Assembly (NCBI GenBank): GCA_041738235.1
Contig: JBGSQF010000018.1
Location: forward strand, 1,404-65,403
Direction: 5' to 3'
DNA length: 64,000 nt
DNA from: Minisyncoccia bacterium
GTDB lineage: Bacteria; Patescibacteriota; Minisyncoccia; Moranbacterales; GCA-2747515
Part shown: piece by piece, positions 58,887-64,000 of the stretch
How the letters are laid out: each line of letters begins with the position of its first letter
Numbering within the stretch: the first letter of the stretch is position 1
Made by a program: the position numbers and the translations under genes
The notes under the pieces: generated by a model
Told to the model about the DNA's origin: nothing
Databases searched by the model: none
The model's input: the letters and a program-made list of their open reading frames with translations, nothing else

Positions 58887-60434
58887 TTGGTTATGATATT
58901 TTGGATATTTTACTTTTTGGTTGTTGTGTATCTGCAAATATCGCAAATGATCAATGTGAGCACCTTTTTGAATTTGGCGCTCTGTATTTTTATTTTTTTT
59001 CCAATCTCAAGCTCGTGGCCACACGGGAAGGTCGTAAGGATCATAAGGAATATTCTTGGGTATGCCTTTGGGATAATGTTATTGTGGCACGAGTCTTACC
59101 TTCCTCCGGTGCAGACATTGTGGAATTTTTTTGTTCGCCCCGAATTGCGTCCGAGTATGAAGTTCGTTACCGACTTTATTTCTTCTCATTTTGATGTCAA
59201 ATTCTTTGCTATTGCCCTACTGCTCATTCCCATTGTCTACGTATTAACCTATACAAAGACACGAAAATACTCCGCAGTTTTTTTTATAGCGTGCTTGGTA
59301 ATTTTGTTTTTTGATCAAAAAGTGGTGATCAGAAGAGACCTCTCGAGAGATTTCTTTTTGCATGAATCTGGACGGTTAGTGGAGATGTCTCAAAGTCCTC
59401 AAAATAAGTTTGACGTTGTATTTTTGCAGATCTGTTCCTGGTCATGGGCAGACCTCGAATATATACACTTTAATACGCATCCACTTTTTGGACAGTTTGA
59501 TTATATCTTCACGAACTTTAATTCGGCTACATCCTACAGCGATCCGGCAGCACTTCGACTATTACAGGCGAACTGTGGTCAAAAAACTGAGGGAGAAATA
59601 TTCTCAGAAGTTCCAGAAAAGTGCTATCTTTTTGATAATTTGAAAAAACTAGGTTACTCCACGTATACAGCTATGAACCATGATGGGACGTATTCAGATT
59701 TTAAGGACAAAATTCACCAATTTGGTAAGGCAGATCTTCCTATTGGTATCGACAATCTAAAGCCGGTTGAGTTGAGTTTTGACGATTCTGCGATCTATAG
59801 GGATGGTGAGGTTTTGGATAACTGGCTTGAGCTTAGAAAAGGGAATTTTGATAAAGCGGCATTGTATTACAATAGCGTGACGTTGCACACTGGAGGGAGT
59901 TACATTGACAAACCAAAGGTGACTGAAGATGAACAATACGCTTTCGCATTCAACAACCTTGCAACTGATCTTGATGACTTTATTGGAAAAATAAAGAAAA
60001 CTAACAGAAATACGATCTTGGTGCTACTTGGAGAGCATGGCGCGGCTCTGCAGGGGTCTTCGGTAGAATACGCCACGGTCCGGGACGTTCCTCTTCCATC
60101 GATCACTCAGGTGCCAGTTGCTATAAAGCTGTTTGGTCCTAATTTTAACAAGCAAGACAATGGGCAGGATGTGACAATAGATAGTTCGACGAGTTATCTG
60201 GCTTTGGTTCAACTCTTGTCTAACCTGCTTGAAAAGAATCCCATTGACAGAACTGATCTACAGGATGCGAAAATTACTCAAGACCTACCAAGTACAGATT
60301 TTGTGTCTGAGACCGGAACGGGTTTAATTGTTCAAAATTCCAGTGGGTTATTCTACCGATCGAAGAACGACTCTGTTTGGAATAAGTTGTCCGATTCACT
60401 AATCGTTAAACCTGCGGATGATCCCGTAAAATAA
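58887..60434 (+). CDS. bcsG: Cellulose phosphoethanolamine transferase BcsG homolog
   Basis: LLWHESYLP, QICSWSWADL, NFNSATSYS.PAALRLL..NCGQ, LH.G, EHGAAL.G, RDVP.PSIT.VPV. Confidence 0.85.
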   Translation: MVMIFWIFYFLVVVYLQISQMINVSTFLNLALCIFIFFPISSSWPHGKVVRIIRNILGYAFGIMLLWHESYLPPVQTLWNFFVRPELRPSMKFVTDFISSHFDVKFFAIALLLIPIVYVLTYTKTRKYSAVFFIACLVILFFDQKVVIRRDLSRDFFLHESGRLVEMSQSPQNKFDVVFLQICSWSWADLEYIHFNTHPLFGQFDYIFTNFNSATSYSDPAALRLLQANCGQKTEGEIFSEVPEKCYLFDNLKKLGYSTYTAMNHDGTYSDFKDKIHQFGKADLPIGIDNLKPVELSFDDSAIYRDGEVLDNWLELRKGNFDKAALYYNSVTLHTGGSYIDKPKVTEDEQYAFAFNNLATDLDDFIGKIKKTNRNTILVLLGEHGAALQGSSVEYATVRDVPLPSITQVPVAIKLFGPNFNKQDNGQDVTIDSSTSYLALVQLLSNLLEKNPIDRTDLQDAKITQDLPSTDFVSETGTGLIVQNSSGLFYRSKNDSVWNKLSDSLIVKPADDPVK

Positions 60435-60610
60435 CCCAATATTGAGAAGTGCTTCAGTTATTTTGGTAAACAAAAGTATCGTTTTGTGAGAAAAGAAGGT
60501 CATTTTATGTAAGAGATCAACCTGTTCATGCGACACCTAGTGGGTTGATATGGCAACGCACCAACAGAGAGAGTAAAAATATTCGTTTAAAATAATAAAC
60601 AATCAAGTCT

Positions 60611-62371
60611 ATGGCAATTTTGATCCTTTTTGCGTTTGTCTCTGGCATGGTGACTATTTTTGCACCGTGTATTTGGCCTATATTGCCCATTGTGCTGTCA
60701 GTTGGTGCATCGGGAGGAGAGAGAAAACCGCTTGGTCTCGTAGTTGGTTTGTCGGTGAGTTTTATGTTGATCACTTTGGCACTTGCTTCTCTTGTAAGAG
60801 TGATTCCTTTTGATCCAGACGCTCTCCGTCTTTTGGCGGTGGTGGTTATTGGCTTTTTGGGACTTACGCTTATTATTCCGGCTCTCGGTGCACGACTTGA
60901 ATCTTTAGTGAGTCGTTTGGGCGGTCTTGGTGGGCGGTTTACAAGCAACACTGGATCGGGCTTTGGAAATGGATTCGTAACGGGTTTTGCATTGGGGGTT
61001 GTTTGGTCGCCTTGCGCGGGACCAATTCTCGCGACGGTGGCTACCTTGGCGGCTACACAATCGGTGAGCATCTCTGTGGTTTTGATCACGTTTGCTTTTG
61101 TTGTTGGAGTGGCGGTGCCACTTTTTGTGTTAGCTCTTTTGGGGCAAAAGGTTTTGACTAAGACAAGGGTTCTCTCCCCCTACAGCAGTAGCATTCAACG
61201 AGTATTTGGAGTGGTGATGATATTGGCTGCAGTTGCCATTTATACCGGATATGACAGAAAACTTCAGACACAACTGCTTGATATGTTTCCCAGTTATGGA
61301 AATTTCTTGAGCGGACTTGAAAAAAATGACACCATAAAACAAAAACTTAATGAGCTCAAAAATATTGATCCAGGAAACTCACTATTGGAATCGGGAGATT
61401 CGGCGCTTGGAACAAAAAGTGGTCTCAAAGTGTACGGTCAAGCTCCGGAGTTTTCTGGCATTGAGCATTGGTTGAATACTGATATAGCGCTCACAATGAA
61501 AGATCTTCGTGGTAAGGTGGTACTAGTTGATTTCTGGACATACTCTTGTATCAACTGTATTCGTACGCTTCCACATGTCACGAGTTGGTATGAAAAATAT
61601 AAGGATCAGGGATTCGTTGTTGTAGGGGTGCACACTCCGGAATTTGCTTTTGAGAAAAAAACCTCAAATGTAGAGGACGCGTTGAAACAGTACGGGATCA
61701 ATTATCCAGTAGCTCAAGATAATAACTATGTAACATGGCGAGCTTACAACAACCGCTATTGGCCAGCACATTATCTTATAGATGTGGATGGAAATATTCG
61801 AGAGTATCACTTTGGCGAGGGGAACTATGAAGAAACAGAGCAGGCTATTCGAAGTCTTCTTGAAGAGGCGGGTAGGTCGGTAGCAACTTACACACCAACG
61901 AGTGTTGCAACTGAGATACCAGGAAGAGACCAGACTCCAGAAACATATCTTGGGAGTGCACGCATGGAACGATTTGGATCACCCGAGAAGGTTACTGGCG
62001 AAATACAGGTATTTACTGCACCCGAGACCCTGAGGAGGGACTATTTTGCTTACACTGGAACCTGGAGGGTAGATTCCGAAAAGGCCCTTGCTGTGAGTGA
62101 TGCTGGACTGACACTTCATTTTCGTGGGAAAAAAGTATTCTTGGTTCTAGCCCCATCCGACAATACAATACAAGGCATTGCAAAGGTGTTTCTTGATGGG
62201 GTTTTGATAACGGACGAGTCTGCCGGGAGTGATGTGAAGGATGGGCAGGTGATCGTGGATAAGGACCGTCTGTACGAGCTGTTTGATGGGAAGGGAGTGT
62301 CGGGAGAGCATACACTGCGGATAGAATTTGAGTCATCGGGAACGGCAGCATACGCATTTACATTTTCTTGA
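60611..62371 (+). CDS. dipZ: DipZ (CcdA/DsbD membrane domain plus thioredoxin)
   Basis: APCIWP, WSPCAGP, DFWTYSCINC, GVHTPEF, TPETYLG. Confidence 0.9.
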   Translation: MAILILFAFVSGMVTIFAPCIWPILPIVLSVGASGGERKPLGLVVGLSVSFMLITLALASLVRVIPFDPDALRLLAVVVIGFLGLTLIIPALGARLESLVSRLGGLGGRFTSNTGSGFGNGFVTGFALGVVWSPCAGPILATVATLAATQSVSISVVLITFAFVVGVAVPLFVLALLGQKVLTKTRVLSPYSSSIQRVFGVVMILAAVAIYTGYDRKLQTQLLDMFPSYGNFLSGLEKNDTIKQKLNELKNIDPGNSLLESGDSALGTKSGLKVYGQAPEFSGIEHWLNTDIALTMKDLRGKVVLVDFWTYSCINCIRTLPHVTSWYEKYKDQGFVVVGVHTPEFAFEKKTSNVEDALKQYGINYPVAQDNNYVTWRAYNNRYWPAHYLIDVDGNIREYHFGEGNYEETEQAIRSLLEEAGRSVATYTPTSVATEIPGRDQTPETYLGSARMERFGSPEKVTGEIQVFTAPETLRRDYFAYTGTWRVDSEKALAVSDAGLTLHFRGKKVFLVLAPSDNTIQGIAKVFLDGVLITDESAGSDVKDGQVIVDKDRLYELFDGKGVSGEHTLRIEFESSGTAAYAFTFS

Positions 62372-62453
62372 TCAGAGAGGAGAAAGTTTTTGGTAATTGA
62401 AAAGGAAAAGGACTCCGGCATATACCGAAGTCCTTTCGCGTTGGGACATGCGG

Positions 62454-63296
62454 TCAGATCGTGGCTGACTCGTATGATCCTAATACAAGCGTTCTGAGAC
62501 TGACGGCCTTCACCCTCGCAATGGCCGTTTGGATGTTTCTGGTGCGCATATTTCCGTCGATATCGACGAAGAAGGCGTACAACCCCAAATTTTCCCCCGT
62601 TGGGAATGAGCTGATCTTGCTGAGCCCAATGCCGAGGGCGCCAAAGGGCGCAAGGGTTTGCATGAGCGCTCCCGGCTCGTTCCTCACCACGCAGAGGATC
62701 GTTGTTTTGGCGGTGGTAGTGATCGGTGGCGCGGTTTTTTTGTTTTTGCTGACCACCAAAAATCGAGTGCTATTGGTTTCGTTGTTTTGTACGCCGGTCC
62801 TGACGATCGGGACGCCACTTGCGGAAGCTGCGTACTCGGATCCAATGGCTGCAACTCTTGCATCCCGATCTTCAATAACTCGGGAAAATCCGGCGCTGGT
62901 GCTGTCGACGGCCACTTGGCGAACATGGAGTCTTTCAAGGAGCATGCTGCATTGAGCAAGGGCTTGAGGGTGAGAGTAGACCGTCTCTATCTCATCAATA
63001 TCCCAGAAGCCTGCCAGAACATGCTTGACCGGAACTACCAGCTCACCCTGAGCAAAGACCTTTCTACCGAGGAGGAGGGATTGGACCAGGTAGGTCATAG
63101 TACCTCCCACATCTCCCTCTGTACTGTTTTCTATGGGGAGAAGTCCGAGAGTTATCTCTTTACCAATCGCGTTTGCGACGGCGGGGATCGTGGGGAACTC
63201 AATGATCTCTCCGATGTCACTGAGTCGTTTCTCATAGGACATAGCGGCTAGATGGGAGTAACTTCCCTTGGGGCCAAGAAATCCGAGATTTTGCAT
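62454..63296 (-). CDS. pheA: Prephenate dehydratase
   Basis: FLGPKGSYS, PIENSTEG, SHPQALAQC, NSTRF, ACT domain NEPGAL. Confidence 0.92.
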   Translation of the reverse strand: MQNLGFLGPKGSYSHLAAMSYEKRLSDIGEIIEFPTIPAVANAIGKEITLGLLPIENSTEGDVGGTMTYLVQSLLLGRKVFAQGELVVPVKHVLAGFWDIDEIETVYSHPQALAQCSMLLERLHVRQVAVDSTSAGFSRVIEDRDARVAAIGSEYAASASGVPIVRTGVQNNETNSTRFLVVSKNKKTAPPITTTAKTTILCVVRNEPGALMQTLAPFGALGIGLSKISSFPTGENLGLYAFFVDIDGNMRTRNIQTAIARVKAVSLRTLVLGSYESATI

Positions 63297-63336
63297 AGTT
63301 CACCTATTTGGTTGGGAAGGAGCGAAAAAGAGTAAC

Positions 63337-63407
63337 AAAAAAACCGCTTGATGACGGTATTGTTATTCTTTTGTTGATAGTACAATATGGCCGTCATCAA
63401 TTCGGTT
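63337..63407 (-). terminator. Attenuator terminator in the pheA leader
   Basis: Minus strand AACCG-AA-TTGATGACGG ... CCGTCATCAA-G-CGGTTTTTTT. Confidence 0.8.
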
Positions 63408-63450
63408 GGAATACCCAAAAAAAGAATGTGATTGATGAATGACTTGCCAT
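63397..63450 (-). CDS. Phe-rich leader peptide MASHSSITFFFWVFQPN (pheL-like)
   Basis: Manual translation; four Phe and one Trp within six codons, upstream of pheA. Confidence 0.8.
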   Translation of the reverse strand: MASHSSITFFFWVFQPN

Positions 63451-63456
63451 ACGGCT

Positions 63457-63485
63457 AGGATAAAAGAGAAACCCTTTTGTGTCAA
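63457..63485 (-). promoter_or_regulatory. pheA promoter (leaderless start of the leader peptide)
   Basis: TTGACA-17-TATCCT, 6 nt before the ATG. Confidence 0.75.
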
Positions 63486-63564
63486 CGGTGTATCGCTATA
63501 TTTTTGTGTTTATTATATAATGGACGATAGGTTTTTGACGGCGGATTTTATATTTAATTAAACA

Positions 63565-63999
63565 ATGACACCTAAAAATATGGAACGTCAGAGGGCAAAA
63601 CTCGAGTGGGATGAGAGATATAGTGTTGGGATACAAGTGATCGATAATCAACACAAAACGATGTTTTTAACCATTAACAAACTTATTGATGTCGTGGGCA
63701 ACGACCCTGATAAAGAGGAGCTAAAAGAAATAATACAATCCCTTCTAGAATATAAGAAACTTCACTTTACCACTGAGGAGAGATATTTTGAAAAAGCGCA
63801 CTACGCCGGTGCCCCAGAACATATCGAAGCGCATAAGAAATTTGGAGAAAGATTGGCGGAGATCCAGGAGAAATGCGGTGAAGATGTGATTATGTTGACA
63901 TTTGAGCTAGTTGACTTTCTTGAGGATTGGCTTATTGACCACCTTATGAATATGGATCAAAAGTACAAGGAACCATTGCGGGTAGCTGGGCTTAAATAA
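63565..63999 (+). CDS. Bacteriohemerythrin
   Basis: YSVG...IDNQH, HFTTEE, H...H, WLIDH...D.KY. Confidence 0.92.
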   Translation: MTPKNMERQRAKLEWDERYSVGIQVIDNQHKTMFLTINKLIDVVGNDPDKEELKEIIQSLLEYKKLHFTTEERYFEKAHYAGAPEHIEAHKKFGERLAEIQEKCGEDVIMLTFELVDFLEDWLIDHLMNMDQKYKEPLRVAGLK

Positions 64000-64000
64000 A

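Overview
Bacterial genomic DNA whose gene content and style suggest a Candidate Phyla Radiation (Parcubacteria, possibly Moranbacteria-like) organism; this is an inference, not a database result. 1-13.4 kb: a surface-protein locus in which tatC and tatA sit among phage-tail-fibre-like genes. It includes a small twin-arginine protein whose C-terminus resembles that of the first fibre, and a tandemly duplicated three-gene cassette containing two unannotated ~54-aa ORFs. 13.5-30.6 kb: mostly core genes (degenerate DHH protein, double-ATPase PilB/GspE, pyk, tRNA-Ser, dnaG, rpoD, tRNA-Asn), a ~200-nt structured ncRNA with its own promoter and terminator, and a small foreign-looking island. 30.75-50.09 kb: a ~19.3-kb integrative element flanked by an identical 117-bp direct repeat. 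It encodes a large serine recombinase that overlaps its att site, a primase-helicase, a type III R-M system with an embedded Schlafen/AlbA_2 gene, a sulfotransferase-kinase-methyltransferase operon, a NUDIX hydrolase and a YegD-like Hsp70. 50-64 kb: accessory genes (P3A H+-ATPase, orphan bcsG, dipZ, hemerythrin) and pheA behind a Phe-rich leader-peptide attenuator. The best candidate for an undescribed system is the Tat-coupled fibre locus.
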